This document shows, piece after piece, positions 1 through 10,154 of a stretch of DNA of 64,000 bases. Each line of letters opens with the position of its first letter. The stretch's first letter is position 1. A model generated the notes under the pieces. The model made no database searches. It was not told where the DNA came from and saw only the letters and a program-made list of their open reading frames with translations. A program made the position numbers and the translations under genes. Source of the DNA: Cyclobacteriaceae bacterium (lineage in GTDB: Bacteria; Bacteroidota; Bacteroidia; Cytophagales; Cyclobacteriaceae); assembly GCA_040216665.1 (NCBI GenBank), contig JAVJOQ010000012.1, forward strand, positions 20,585 to 84,584, given 5' to 3'.

Positions 1-36
1 TTTGTTCTGCTAAATTGCCGCCCAATTGAAGCAGAC

Positions 37-1902
37 GTGAATTATTTATCAGCAGATCAGATATCAAAGTCGTACAACGACCGTTGGTTATTCAAGAACC
101 TTACACTAGGCATTTCAGCTGGTGAAAAATTCGCTCTTGTGGGCGAGAATGGAACTGGTAAAACCACCCTTCTTAAAATACTTACAGGTGAGATTCCTTC
201 CGATTCTGGCACAGTTAGCTTTCGTGATGGTGTTCGATTAGGATACCTTACCCAGCAGCCTGTAGCTGAAGGACATCTCTCTATTAAAGAGATTCTATTT
301 GACGCAAGCAACGCTGTAGCAGCGGCTGTGATGCGTTATGAAGCGTGTATCCACGATGGCGATACCTCTCCTGAAGAAATGCAAAGTGCGTTGGAGAAAA
401 TGGAAGAGTTGAATGCATGGGAGTTTGATTCTAAGGTGAATGAGATTACCTCGAAACTAGGTATCACCAACTTTGACCAAAAGTTCGCTACACTATCCGG
501 TGGGCAGAGAAAGCGGATCTTCATGGCAAAAATGCTTCTGCAAGATCCAAGCATCCTCATTATGGATGAGCCCACTAACCACCTGGACCTGGAAGCCATT
601 GAATGGCTGGAGAATTACTTGTCGGGGCAGAACATTACGTTGATTATGGTGACCCACGATAGGTATTTTTTGGACAATGTGGCCAACACGATCATTGAAC
701 TTGATAAAGGGAAGCTCTATACCTACAAAGGGAATTATGCTTACTTTCTTGAAAAGAAGTCGGAGCGTGAGGAGATATTGAAGGTGGAAGTGTCAAAGGC
801 GAGAAACCTGCTGAAGAAAGAGTTAGAGTGGATGAGACGCCAGCCAAAGGCGCGAGGCACAAAGGCAAAATACAGAATTGAAGCCTTCCATGAGTTAAAG
901 GACAAGGCATCTCAAAACCTGAAAAAGGAAAGGATGGAGCTGGACATCCAAAAAACCAGGCAGGGTGGGAAGATCATTGAACTCTATAATGTAAGTAAGT
1001 CTTTCGGTGAGAAGAAGATGGTGGATGACTTCTCCTATGTTTTTAAGAAGAAAGATCGCATCGGTATAGTAGGAAGTAACGGAGTAGGGAAGTCTACTTT
1101 TTTGGATTTGCTCACCGGTAAATCAAAACCGGATGCAGGTGAAATATTACCGGGTCAAACGACCAAGCTAGGATATTTTACTCAAGAAGCATCTGAACTC
1201 AATCCCGATCACAGAGTAATTGAAGAAGTTAAGGACATTGCAGAATTCATAGCGCTGACTGATGGTACTCAGATTTCTGCATCCGCGTTCTTAGAGCTTT
1301 TCCTTTTTCCACCGGAGAAGCAGTACAACATCATTGGCAAATTAAGTGGGGGTGAGAAGAAAAGATTGCAGTTGCTGAAAGTGTTGATTAAGAATCCAAA
1401 TTTTTTGGTGTTGGATGAACCTACCAATGATTTTGACATTGAAACACTTAATGTACTGGAAGATTTTCTAGACAAGTTTACAGGTTGCCTCGTGTTGGTT
1501 TCCCATGATCGTTATTTTATGGATCATTTGGTCAATCAATTATTTGTATTCGAAGGGGACGGGAAGATCAAGGTCATGAACGGAAATTACTCCGATTATA
1601 AGTTATACAAAGAAGAGGAAGAAGCTGAGCCTGACGAAGCTAAGAAGCCGATCCAGGAAAAAGTAGAGCGTTCAGAGGATGATTCAAAAAGAAGAATCTC
1701 GTTTGCGGAAAAAAAAGAGCACGAATCCTTAGAGAAGGAAATTGAAGCGTTAGAGAAAGAAAAGGAGGCACTTATTGAAAAACTTAGCTCAGGAGTGTTG
1801 GAGACCGAGGAGTTGGTCAATTGTTCTAAAAAGATCAAAGAACTCACCGATGCCATTGATTTCAAAACATTGCGGTGGCTTGAATTGGAAGAATTTGGAT
1901 AG
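37..1902 (+). CDS. ABC-F family ATPase (Uup/YheS-like), no membrane domain
   Basis: GTG-start ORF. Two ABC nucleotide-binding domains: Walker A GENGTGKTT and GSNGVGKST, signatures LSGGQRKR and LSGGEKKR, Walker B ILIMDEPTNHLD and FLVLDEPTNDFD. No TM segments. Glu/Lys-rich coiled-coil C-terminal tail. Confidence 0.9.
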   Translation: MNYLSADQISKSYNDRWLFKNLTLGISAGEKFALVGENGTGKTTLLKILTGEIPSDSGTVSFRDGVRLGYLTQQPVAEGHLSIKEILFDASNAVAAAVMRYEACIHDGDTSPEEMQSALEKMEELNAWEFDSKVNEITSKLGITNFDQKFATLSGGQRKRIFMAKMLLQDPSILIMDEPTNHLDLEAIEWLENYLSGQNITLIMVTHDRYFLDNVANTIIELDKGKLYTYKGNYAYFLEKKSEREEILKVEVSKARNLLKKELEWMRRQPKARGTKAKYRIEAFHELKDKASQNLKKERMELDIQKTRQGGKIIELYNVSKSFGEKKMVDDFSYVFKKKDRIGIVGSNGVGKSTFLDLLTGKSKPDAGEILPGQTTKLGYFTQEASELNPDHRVIEEVKDIAEFIALTDGTQISASAFLELFLFPPEKQYNIIGKLSGGEKKRLQLLKVLIKNPNFLVLDEPTNDFDIETLNVLEDFLDKFTGCLVLVSHDRYFMDHLVNQLFVFEGDGKIKVMNGNYSDYKLYKEEEEAEPDEAKKPIQEKVERSEDDSKRRISFAEKKEHESLEKEIEALEKEKEALIEKLSSGVLETEELVNCSKKIKELTDAIDFKTLRWLELEEFG

Positions 1903-2027
1903 AAGTCACGTATGATGCGGTATTTCTTTTAGGAAAGGCATTCTGAAAAGCATATTCCTAAGATACAGTTAGTAGCAGTCCACAGTCACCAGCTTTTTTT
2001 GGCTAAGTTTATGCTTTACCAACTTAA

Positions 2028-2459
2028 ATGCATTTTATAATAATTCTTCTCTCCATTCTTTTACAGGATCAGGTTCCACCAAAGCCTGCCGATGAATTTG
2101 CGTTTCAGTTGGATTATGAATTTAGAACCAAACCGGGTGGTGACGATAAGCCAGGAGGTTTTGCTGCCGGTAAGTTACCCTATGCCGAGATAAGAATTAC
2201 ACCTACAAAGCTTTCGGAGAGTGAAGAGAAGGTAAAGATTACCAATAATTTGGGACATCGTGTGTACTCACGCAAAGCCGCCCTGAATAATGAAATTGTG
2301 ATCGACATGGGCTTTACCGATGATTTAAAGGACCATATATCTGTCTATGCGTTCGATATAGTCTTTTTTTCAAAGCGTGGTGATACAAGTAGAATTACTC
2401 TTTTTGTAGAAGAGGATGGTACTGTATTAGTCAATGGGGTGAAACGAGGAAAATTTTAG
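2028..2459 (+). CDS. hypothetical protein with hydrophobic N-terminus
   Basis: 143-aa ORF in an otherwise empty interval with an N-terminal hydrophobic stretch (IIILLSILL). No motif I recognise. Confidence 0.45.
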   Translation: MHFIIILLSILLQDQVPPKPADEFAFQLDYEFRTKPGGDDKPGGFAAGKLPYAEIRITPTKLSESEEKVKITNNLGHRVYSRKAALNNEIVIDMGFTDDLKDHISVYAFDIVFFSKRGDTSRITLFVEEDGTVLVNGVKRGKF

Positions 2460-2582
2460 CCTTTAATTACCACTTACTGTACTATTGAGCAAATCGTGTA
2501 ACTATTTCCTTAAAAGACAAGAATCCTTGTTACCTTTTCAGATTATATCCCGTTAAAAACTAAATTATTCCAATTCAAACTC

Positions 2583-5099
2583 ATGATGAGAATAGTTATC
2601 CTCTTACTTCTACTCACAACTGTAAGTTCATCCGCACAAAACGCTCCCCAACCTGATGCCGCCAATATCAAACTTCGAATTAAGAAGCTCAATTTCTTAG
2701 GAACGGTGTTGTATGTGGCGGCCCACCCTGATGATGAAAATACAAGGGCTATTGCCTACCTCTCCAATGAACGCTTGGCAACTACAGGGTATCTTTCTAT
2801 GACAAGAGGTGATGGTGGTCAAAACCTGATTGGTCCTGAGATACGAGATCAATTGGGATTAATTAGAACGCAGGAATTATTGGCCGCAAGAAGGGTAGAT
2901 GGTGGTCATCAGTTTTTTACCAGAGCAAATGATTTTGGTTATTCAAAAAATGATGATGAGGCCTTTAGAATTTGGAATAAGCAGGAAATATTATCTGACG
3001 TTGTTCAGGTGATCAGAAAATTTCAACCCGATATTATCCTTACCAGATTTCCACCTGATGGTAGAGGAGGTCATGGCCATCATACAGCCTCTGCAGTATT
3101 GGCCCACGAGGCATTTGATTTAACTAACAATCCTGCTGCTTTTCCTGATCAGCTGTCGACTATGGGAGTATGGCAGGTAAAAGGACTTTATACTAATACT
3201 GGAAGGTGGTGGAACAAAGACATTGATGAAAATACAGATAGCATTGTTGCTATGGACGTGGGAGTGTACAATTCATTACTTGGTAAATCCTATTCCGAGA
3301 TGGCTGCTGTTAGCAGAACACAGCATAAGAGTCAGGGTTTTGGTTCATCAGGAAGCAGAGGAGAAGAGTTGGAGTTTTTTGAGTTTGTAAAAGGGTACCA
3401 TGCTAAGAAAGATATTTTCGAAACGGTGAACACCTCCTGGTCAAGAGTAGATGGAGGTAGCAAAGTGGAGCCTCATGTTAAAAAACTGATTGCTGAGTAC
3501 AATGAAGAAGATCCCTCTACCTCTGTTCCCATGTTGTTAAAAGTGAGAAAGGAGATTACGGGATTGAAGGATGGAATCTGGAAAACCAGAAAACTTGAAG
3601 AAGTGAATCAGTTGATCAAAGATTGTCTTGGGTTGTACCTGGAAGTAAAGGCTGATAATTATTATGTGGCTCCTGGAGAAAAAATAGAAAGTAATTTTGA
3701 ATTGGTTAACCGCTCTAACCTTGCTCTGACGGTGAAGAGAATAACTGCTTCTGCGCTAACATATGATTCAGTTTTAGATGCTCCTTTATCAAACAATAAA
3801 CCATTGAAGTTAGCATCAACAAAAACCGTTCAATCCAATACGCCTTATTCTGATCCCTATTGGCTTCAGGAAAGTCACTCATTAGGTTTGTTTACTGTCA
3901 AAGACAAATCATTAATAGGAAAACCAGAAAATGACCCGGCTATTCAATTTCAGATTCAGTTAGAACTGAATGGAGAGCTATTGACTTATGCTGTGCCATT
4001 GATTTATAAATGGACGGATCCTGTAAAAGGAGAGCTTTGGAGGCCCGTTGAAGTGGTGCCGGCAATGTCGTTGAATTTATCTGAGTCGGTGGTAGTGTTT
4101 AGTGATGCCAAATCGAAATCAGTTTCCGTATTGGCCAAATCCAATTCAGGCCATAAGCTGAATGGTGATATCTCACTAGAGCTTCCAAAAGGTTGGAGGT
4201 CAGAACCAGTAAAGCAACCCTTCGAACTTGCTAGTCGAGGTGATGAAAAGACAATTTCTTTTATGGTTTTTCCATCCAATGAAGAAACAACATCAACACT
4301 CAAGGCGAAGGCAAGCGTAGGTGGGCAAACCCTGGATCAATCCATGCAGATCATTTCTTACGATCACTTTCCAATACAAACGTTATTGCCACTTGCAGAA
4401 GCAAAGGTAGTACGAATTGATTTGAAGAAAGCTGGAGGACTTATTGGCTATATAGAAGGAGCTGGCGATCAAATACCTGCTGCACTTAGAAATATGGGAT
4501 ATGAGGTATTTGAAATGAAGAACGATGAAGTAACACCAGAAAATCTAGCTAAAATGGATGCGGTGGTATTGGGTATACGTGCATTGAACACCAACGAAAG
4601 GATTCAATTCTTTATGCCTGATTTGCTGGATTATGTAAAGAAGGGCGGAACAATGATTGTGCAGTACAACACAAATTCAAGGATGGAAATTGATAAGGAC
4701 AAATTTTCGCCTTACCCATTGACATTGTCTCGCGATCGGGTAACAGATGAAGACAGTAAAGTGAATATTTTGAAACCGGAACATGCTGTACTCAATGCAC
4801 CTAATAAAATTACGGCAAAAGATTTTGAAGGCTGGGTGCAGGAACGCGGGTTGTACTTCCCTAATCAATGGGATCCAAAATTTGAAGCACTGATAGCTAC
4901 CAATGACCCTGGAGAAGAAATGACTGAGGGCTCTTTACTTGTGGCCAAGTATGGAGAGGGAAATTACATTTATACTGGCCTGTCATTTTTCAGGGAACTG
5001 CCTGAAGGTGTTCCCGGGGCTTATAAACTATTTGCAAATTTGGTGTCGTTGAGTAAAACACAAAAGCCAACAACTCAAAAAATTAAATCCGGAAAATAA
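2583..5099 (+). CDS. large secreted PIG-L/LmbE family deacetylase
   Basis: Signal peptide (VILLLLLTTVSSSAQ). LmbE/PIG-L motif VAAHPDDEN, plus HGHH further on. Long C-terminal extension ending in a ThuA/GATase1-like segment (VVLGIRALN...GGTMIVQYN). Confidence 0.8.
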   Translation: MMRIVILLLLLTTVSSSAQNAPQPDAANIKLRIKKLNFLGTVLYVAAHPDDENTRAIAYLSNERLATTGYLSMTRGDGGQNLIGPEIRDQLGLIRTQELLAARRVDGGHQFFTRANDFGYSKNDDEAFRIWNKQEILSDVVQVIRKFQPDIILTRFPPDGRGGHGHHTASAVLAHEAFDLTNNPAAFPDQLSTMGVWQVKGLYTNTGRWWNKDIDENTDSIVAMDVGVYNSLLGKSYSEMAAVSRTQHKSQGFGSSGSRGEELEFFEFVKGYHAKKDIFETVNTSWSRVDGGSKVEPHVKKLIAEYNEEDPSTSVPMLLKVRKEITGLKDGIWKTRKLEEVNQLIKDCLGLYLEVKADNYYVAPGEKIESNFELVNRSNLALTVKRITASALTYDSVLDAPLSNNKPLKLASTKTVQSNTPYSDPYWLQESHSLGLFTVKDKSLIGKPENDPAIQFQIQLELNGELLTYAVPLIYKWTDPVKGELWRPVEVVPAMSLNLSESVVVFSDAKSKSVSVLAKSNSGHKLNGDISLELPKGWRSEPVKQPFELASRGDEKTISFMVFPSNEETTSTLKAKASVGGQTLDQSMQIISYDHFPIQTLLPLAEAKVVRIDLKKAGGLIGYIEGAGDQIPAALRNMGYEVFEMKNDEVTPENLAKMDAVVLGIRALNTNERIQFFMPDLLDYVKKGGTMIVQYNTNSRMEIDKDKFSPYPLTLSRDRVTDEDSKVNILKPEHAVLNAPNKITAKDFEGWVQERGLYFPNQWDPKFEALIATNDPGEEMTEGSLLVAKYGEGNYIYTGLSFFRELPEGVPGAYKLFANLVSLSKTQKPTTQKIKSGK

Positions 5100-5221
5100 T
5101 GTCAGAAGAACAAGATGAAAAACCTCCAGTATTCTCCAGATGGAGCGCGTGGTACTGGCTACTGATGATTGTGCTGGCGGTTCAAATTATTATTTATCTT
5201 TTTATTACTAACTCTTTCTGA
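5099..5221 (+). CDS. 40-aa single-pass membrane sORF (MSEEQDEKPPVFSRWSAWYWLLMIVLAVQIIIYLFITNSF)
   Basis: Not in the ORF track (<60 aa). Its ATG overlaps the upstream TAA (TAATG) and its TGA overlaps the downstream ATG (TGATG). Acidic N-terminus followed by one approximately 20-residue hydrophobic helix. Confidence 0.5.
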   Translation: MSEEQDEKPPVFSRWSAWYWLLMIVLAVQIIIYLFITNSF

Positions 5222-6924
5222 TGAATACTATTGACTGGGTAATACTATTTACCACACTCATTCTTATTGTTGCTTACGGAACCTGGAAGAGTAGAGGAAG
5301 TAAAAACATAGATGGATATCTTTTAGGTAATAAAAGTTTACCGTGGTGGAATGTATGCTTGTCTATCATGGCTACCCAAGCGAGCGCCATCACCTTTTTG
5401 TCTACACCCGGGCAGGCCTATGAAGACGGCATGCGTTTTCTTCAATTCTATTTTGGTTTGCCCTTGGCCATGGTCATTCTTAGTATTACCGCAGTACCAT
5501 TGTACCATCGGTTAAAAGTATATACTGCTTATGAATATCTTGAAAGTCGGTTTGATTTAAAAACAAGGTCACTAGCCGCATTTTTATTTTTAATGTTGCG
5601 TGGGCTTTCAGTAGGTATTACGATTTATGCGCCTTCATTGATTCTTTCCACGATGTTGGATTGGAACATCAACCTCACCACCATTTTTATTGGTACGTTA
5701 GTGATGATTTATACCGTGAGTGGTGGGACGAAGGCGGTGAGCATGACCCAAAAGTATCAACTCACCATCATTATGGGGGGTATGTTTATTGCGGGTTGGA
5801 CAGCCTTTTCAGAGCTACCTAACGATATTACTTTCACGGAAGCCTTTCAGGTGGCAGGAGAGATGGGGAAGATGAACCTTATTAATTTGTCATTCGATTT
5901 AGGTGATCGGTATAACATATGGTCGGGATTGATTGGCGGCTTATTTTTATTTCTATCCTATTTTGGTGCAGATCAGTCGCAGGTAGGTAGGTATCTGGGT
6001 GGTAGCTCTGTTGCACAGAGTAGGTTGGGATTGATCTTCAATGGCCTCTTGAAAGTACCTATGCAATTCGTTATTCTTTACATAGGAATTTTGGTGTTTG
6101 TATTTTATCAATTCAACCAGGCTCCGGTTTTTCACAATCAGTCGTTGAAAGACAAAGCAATGCAAACTGAGTATGCTGGGGATATTGCGGCATTGGAATT
6201 AGAATACAATGATGTTTTTGTAGAGAAAAGAAAAGAAGCCGTCAATATGGTGGAAGCCATTCGGCAAGATGACGCTGCTTTGGTAGAACAGACTCGAGTA
6301 TCAATAGAGAAGATTCAGGGGGTAGAGAAAGGCATTCGTGCTGAAGTGAAAGAAAAAATAGCTGCAGCTATTCCAGGAGCCAACACACTTGACAAAGATT
6401 ATGTGTTTATCACATTTGTAATGACCTACCTACCGCACGGCCTGATAGGTTTGTTATTGGCTGTTGTGTTTTCCGCTGCCATGGCGTCTACAGCCTCAGA
6501 ATTAAACTCATTGGCATCTACAACTGCCGTGGATATTTATAAAAGATCAATTAAACCTGTTGCAGACGATTACCATTATGTAAAGGCATCAAAATGGTTT
6601 ACGGCAGGTTGGGCGGTTTTTGGGATGATGTTTGCCTCCATCGCTAACCAGGCAGAGAACCTTATTCAGTTTGTTAACATTATCGGTTCGCTATTCTATG
6701 GAACCATACTTGGTATATTTTTATCTGCTTTTTATCTTAAATACATTAAGTCCAATGCGGTATTTATAGCAGCTATTATTGCAGAGGCAGTTATTTTATA
6801 TTGTTACTTCTTTACCAAGATGGCTTTCTTGCTCTATAACATTATTGGATGTGTAGTAGTAGTAGTAATAGCATACATCATTCAATACATAGAAAATCAA
6901 GGCACAAAAAAAGCATCCCAGTAA
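5221..6924 (+). CDS. sodium:solute symporter (SSF/SLC5 family)
   Basis: Multi-pass membrane protein. N-terminal GYLLGNKSLPWW and the SSF-like GADQSQVGRYL motif. Long amphipathic cytoplasmic loop in the middle. Confidence 0.85.
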   Translation: MNTIDWVILFTTLILIVAYGTWKSRGSKNIDGYLLGNKSLPWWNVCLSIMATQASAITFLSTPGQAYEDGMRFLQFYFGLPLAMVILSITAVPLYHRLKVYTAYEYLESRFDLKTRSLAAFLFLMLRGLSVGITIYAPSLILSTMLDWNINLTTIFIGTLVMIYTVSGGTKAVSMTQKYQLTIIMGGMFIAGWTAFSELPNDITFTEAFQVAGEMGKMNLINLSFDLGDRYNIWSGLIGGLFLFLSYFGADQSQVGRYLGGSSVAQSRLGLIFNGLLKVPMQFVILYIGILVFVFYQFNQAPVFHNQSLKDKAMQTEYAGDIAALELEYNDVFVEKRKEAVNMVEAIRQDDAALVEQTRVSIEKIQGVEKGIRAEVKEKIAAAIPGANTLDKDYVFITFVMTYLPHGLIGLLLAVVFSAAMASTASELNSLASTTAVDIYKRSIKPVADDYHYVKASKWFTAGWAVFGMMFASIANQAENLIQFVNIIGSLFYGTILGIFLSAFYLKYIKSNAVFIAAIIAEAVILYCYFFTKMAFLLYNIIGCVVVVVIAYIIQYIENQGTKKASQ

Positions 6925-6938
6925 GGGATGCTTTTTAA
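6906..6938. terminator. bidirectional intrinsic terminator between convergent genes
   Basis: 9-bp stem AAGCATCCC/GGGATGCTT (6911-6919 / 6925-6933) with a 5-nt loop containing the symporter stop codon. Flanked by an A-run upstream and a T-run downstream, so it reads as hairpin plus U-tract on both strands. Confidence 0.7.
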
Positions 6939-6955
6939 GAAGCTTATACTGAATT

Positions 6956-7810
6956 CTATTTTAAAGACTTGATCAGCTCTTCGTTCAATTTGATATAACC
7001 AAAATCACTGGCGGCCTTCTTAGCCAATCCCAGTGATTTTTCAGCCTCAGCTTTAGCGCCAGCCTTATCACCTGCATCTTTCTTCATCTTTGCTAATTGG
7101 TGGATGTTCCAAAATGCATTTGAATTCCCCTGTGCAATTCCCATTTCCATCCATTCGATTGCTTTTTTCAAATCTCTTTTGGTGGTATAATAGTAGGTAG
7201 CTGCTGCAATTAAATTACCAGGATTCACTTTTGTGTTGGCTTCAATAGAAGCCATTACTTTTGAATCATATTCAACACCCACTTTAAACTTAACAGAAGT
7301 ATTTTCCCAAGCAATTTGAATGTTTGCGCTTTTGCTGTCTTCAGCAATGTCAGTGATATTCAGCGTCAATGTTTCAACGGTCTCAGCAAGCTTTTGTGAT
7401 TTTACTTTAAAGTTGGCTACTTCTTTAGACTTGTCATACCCTGCTGTATTTCCACCGATGGAAAGATCACTGTAAAGAGCTACGGTCCATTCAGTTGCAC
7501 CAGGCCATGTGAACAAAAGGTATTCGCCTTTAGCTACTTTGGTACCTTCTACAGTAACGTCATCAGAGAAAGAGATGATTGTACCATTGTTAGCACCAGT
7601 TCTCCAGATTTGTCCGTAAGGTGTTAAGAAATCAGCACCATCACCAAAAATCTTACGTCCTTTCATTTGTGGACGAGAGTAATCGATCTTAACATCTGTT
7701 AAGCCAACAACACTTGACACTGATCCAGCAGGACTTGGCTGTGGAGTCTGGATCTGGGCATGCGCCATCCAGGCAAGTGACATCAACATGATTGTAATAC
7801 AATTTTTCAT
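6956..7810 (-). CDS. secreted DUF2911-like protein with C-terminal TPR-like region
   Basis: Signal peptide (MLMSLAWMAHAQ). The N-terminal half resembles the DUF2911 family (YSRPQMKGRKIFG, WRTGANNGT, GEYLLF). Helical Ala/Lys-rich C-terminus. Confidence 0.65.
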   Translation of the reverse strand: MKNCITIMLMSLAWMAHAQIQTPQPSPAGSVSSVVGLTDVKIDYSRPQMKGRKIFGDGADFLTPYGQIWRTGANNGTIISFSDDVTVEGTKVAKGEYLLFTWPGATEWTVALYSDLSIGGNTAGYDKSKEVANFKVKSQKLAETVETLTLNITDIAEDSKSANIQIAWENTSVKFKVGVEYDSKVMASIEANTKVNPGNLIAAATYYYTTKRDLKKAIEWMEMGIAQGNSNAFWNIHQLAKMKKDAGDKAGAKAEAEKSLGLAKKAASDFGYIKLNEELIKSLK

Positions 7811-7830
7811 TTAATTTTGGTTTTTATTAT

Positions 7831-8472
7831 TTGTTTGAGGGCGCTAAAGTTAGCAGACTTTCCCGTCATAAACCAATAGAGGTGAAACTTAAAGAATCCT
7901 TTTACCAACGGCCCAGAGTAGACATCATTGCCAGAGAATTGCTTGGGAAGGTATTGATAAGCCGTTTTAACGATTCATTAACAAGCGGAATGATTGTAGA
8001 AACTGAAGCTTATTCCTACAAGGAAAGGGGGTGCCATGCCTATAATAATTTACGCACATCACGTACCGAAACAATGTTTGACGTTGGAGGACACATGTAC
8101 GTGTACCTGTGCTATGGTATTCATAGTATGTTTAATGTGGTAACGAATAGAAAAGACAAAGCAGAGGCCGTTTTGATTCGTGCTATAGAGCCTATCGAAG
8201 GTACGGAACTAATGATGAAGCGGTCATCCGCTAAGCGTATTCACCGAATAACGTCAGGACCAGGCAAACTAACGAAGGCATTAGGGATTGATAGAGCAAT
8301 GGATGGAGAATTGCTAACGGGTAGCGATGTTTGGTTAGAAGATCCCGGTACAAAAATTGCCAGAAACAATATTGTGGTTGACACTAGAATTGGGATTGAC
8401 TATGCTGGTGATGATGCCTTGCTACCATGGCGGTTCTATTTGAAGGACAATCCATGGATAAGTAGGCGTTAA
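7831..8472 (+). CDS. DNA-3-methyladenine glycosylase (AAG/MPG family)
   Basis: Family motifs FYQRP..ARELLGKVL, IVETEAY, GCHAY, GGHMYVYLCYGIHSMFNVV, IRAIEP. No in-frame ATG near the 5' end. The start is TTG 7831 or, more likely, GTG 7882. Confidence 0.85.
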   Translation: MFEGAKVSRLSRHKPIEVKLKESFYQRPRVDIIARELLGKVLISRFNDSLTSGMIVETEAYSYKERGCHAYNNLRTSRTETMFDVGGHMYVYLCYGIHSMFNVVTNRKDKAEAVLIRAIEPIEGTELMMKRSSAKRIHRITSGPGKLTKALGIDRAMDGELLTGSDVWLEDPGTKIARNNIVVDTRIGIDYAGDDALLPWRFYLKDNPWISRR

Positions 8473-8484
8473 AGGGGATTTAAC

Positions 8485-8492
8485 TATTTTTG
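8485..8492 (+). promoter_or_regulatory. Bacteroidota-type -7 box TATTTTTG
   Basis: Exact TAnnTTTG match ending 5 nt before the ATG at 8498. This implies a very short or leaderless 5' UTR. Confidence 0.35.
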
Positions 8493-8497
8493 CGCTA

Positions 8498-10084
8498 ATG
8501 AAGTATTTTTTGTTTTTGAGTTTTACATTGATGATCTCCGCGTTGGCTGAAGGCCAGCAGATTACCAATAAATCATTTGTTAATATCAATTCATCCCTGG
8601 ATGAGCAAAGTCCGGTGCTTAGCCCTGATGGGAAAACGCTTTATTTTACTATTGCCAGTCATCCTCAGAATGTTGGAGGTAAAAGAGATAAAGGAGACAT
8701 ATGGCAGTCCATTTTGCTTGGCAATGAGTGGTCTGCTCCAATTCATGTCGGAACTGTGTTGAATAACAAAGACTACAATGCCGTTGGCGGGTTCTCTGCG
8801 GATGGTTCGCAAATGTTCCTGCTTGGGCATTACAACTCTAATGGTGACGTGAAGACCCAAGGAATTGCTGTATCAATAAGCACAAGTGCAGGGTGGTCTA
8901 CACCTCAAAATATTTCTATTCCCTACTTTCTAAATAAAAATGAAACCATCTCAGGACACATTAATAGTTCAGGAAATGTATTTGTTTATGCAGGGGAGGG
9001 GTATTCAAGTTTAGGCGTAGAAGATATTTATGTTTCTGTAAAAAATGCTTCGGGTAATTGGAGTGAACCAAAAAATCTTGGACGAAATATCAACACCTCT
9101 TATCAGGAGTGGAGCCCGTGGCTCAGTGAAGATACCCGTTACTTGTATTTTGCTTCTAATGGAAGACAAGGTTATGGAAGTTTTGATATTTATTATGCAC
9201 AACGACTAGATGATACCTGGGCCAAATGGTCAGCTCCTATCAATATGGGAGCAGGGGTCAATTCTGAGGGAAGAGAATTATTTTATACTCCGTTTCCAAA
9301 AAATGAAATTGCCCTATTCACTTCAACTTTGAATAGCGATGGCTACGGTGACATAAAAATGTACCAACCACCGAAAGAAGTACTTGATTCATTGATGAAA
9401 AAGACGGTAGATCTTCCTCCAGATACAGTAGTGAAGTTAGTGGAAATTGTCAGAGAAAAACCAATAACCACTGATGAGAAGACAGTAAGAGTTTGGGGAA
9501 AGATTACCAATGCTACTACTAATGCTCCGATAGCAGCTAATGTAAACTTTCATTCCGACTCTAATTTTCAGATAGTGGCTGGGCCCGATGGTATATTTTC
9601 GATTAACGTTCCATCAGTGGATGAATACAGCATAAAGGTAGAGGCGCCAGGATTCCTTGGAAGTTTTGAGAAGCTGGACATTCGCACATTTGAAATGAGG
9701 GAATTGGAAATGAATTTTAAATTGCAACCAGTTGCTGTGGGAGCTTCGGTGAATCTAAAGAGCGTTCTTTTTCAGCAAAGCACGGCCAACTTACTGGACG
9801 AATCTTACGATGAATTAAATATGGTGGTTGATTTTTTAAAGTCAAACCCTACAGTCGAAATTGAACTAGCTGGTCACACGGATAACCGTGGACTTTCAGT
9901 GCACAACGTGCGCTTGTCCAGGGAGCGGGTGGATAAAGTAAAAGAGTACATTACCAGTAAAGGAATTGATGGAAAGAGAATTACAGGCAAAGGATATGGA
10001 GGCATCAAACCCATTGCTGACAATGATGCCGAAGTTACCCGCAGACTTAACAGGAGGGTAGAGTTTACAATAATAAAAAACTAA
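8498..10084 (+). CDS. OmpA family protein with PD40/TolB-like repeats
   Basis: Signal peptide. Repeated (S/W)SP.LS.DG..LYF-type PD40 motifs. CarboxypepD_reg-like middle segment. C-terminal OmpA domain (ELAGHTDNRG, NVRLSRERV, NRRVEF). Confidence 0.85.
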   Translation: MKYFLFLSFTLMISALAEGQQITNKSFVNINSSLDEQSPVLSPDGKTLYFTIASHPQNVGGKRDKGDIWQSILLGNEWSAPIHVGTVLNNKDYNAVGGFSADGSQMFLLGHYNSNGDVKTQGIAVSISTSAGWSTPQNISIPYFLNKNETISGHINSSGNVFVYAGEGYSSLGVEDIYVSVKNASGNWSEPKNLGRNINTSYQEWSPWLSEDTRYLYFASNGRQGYGSFDIYYAQRLDDTWAKWSAPINMGAGVNSEGRELFYTPFPKNEIALFTSTLNSDGYGDIKMYQPPKEVLDSLMKKTVDLPPDTVVKLVEIVREKPITTDEKTVRVWGKITNATTNAPIAANVNFHSDSNFQIVAGPDGIFSINVPSVDEYSIKVEAPGFLGSFEKLDIRTFEMRELEMNFKLQPVAVGASVNLKSVLFQQSTANLLDESYDELNMVVDFLKSNPTVEIELAGHTDNRGLSVHNVRLSRERVDKVKEYITSKGIDGKRITGKGYGGIKPIADNDAEVTRRLNRRVEFTIIKN

Positions 10085-10102
10085 ATAGTCGACAGTCTTT
10101 TG

Positions 10103-10140
10103 GTCGATGGTCCATAGACTAAAATCAATGGACTATCGAC
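10103..10140. terminator. long imperfect hairpin between convergent genes (possible factor-independent terminator without a U-tract)
   Basis: Arms GTCGATGGTCCATAGA (10103-10118) and TCAATGGACTATCGAC (10125-10140) pair at 15 of 16 positions (one of them G-U) around a 6-nt loop. Confidence 0.4.
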
Positions 10141-10154
10141 TGAACAGCTATCGA

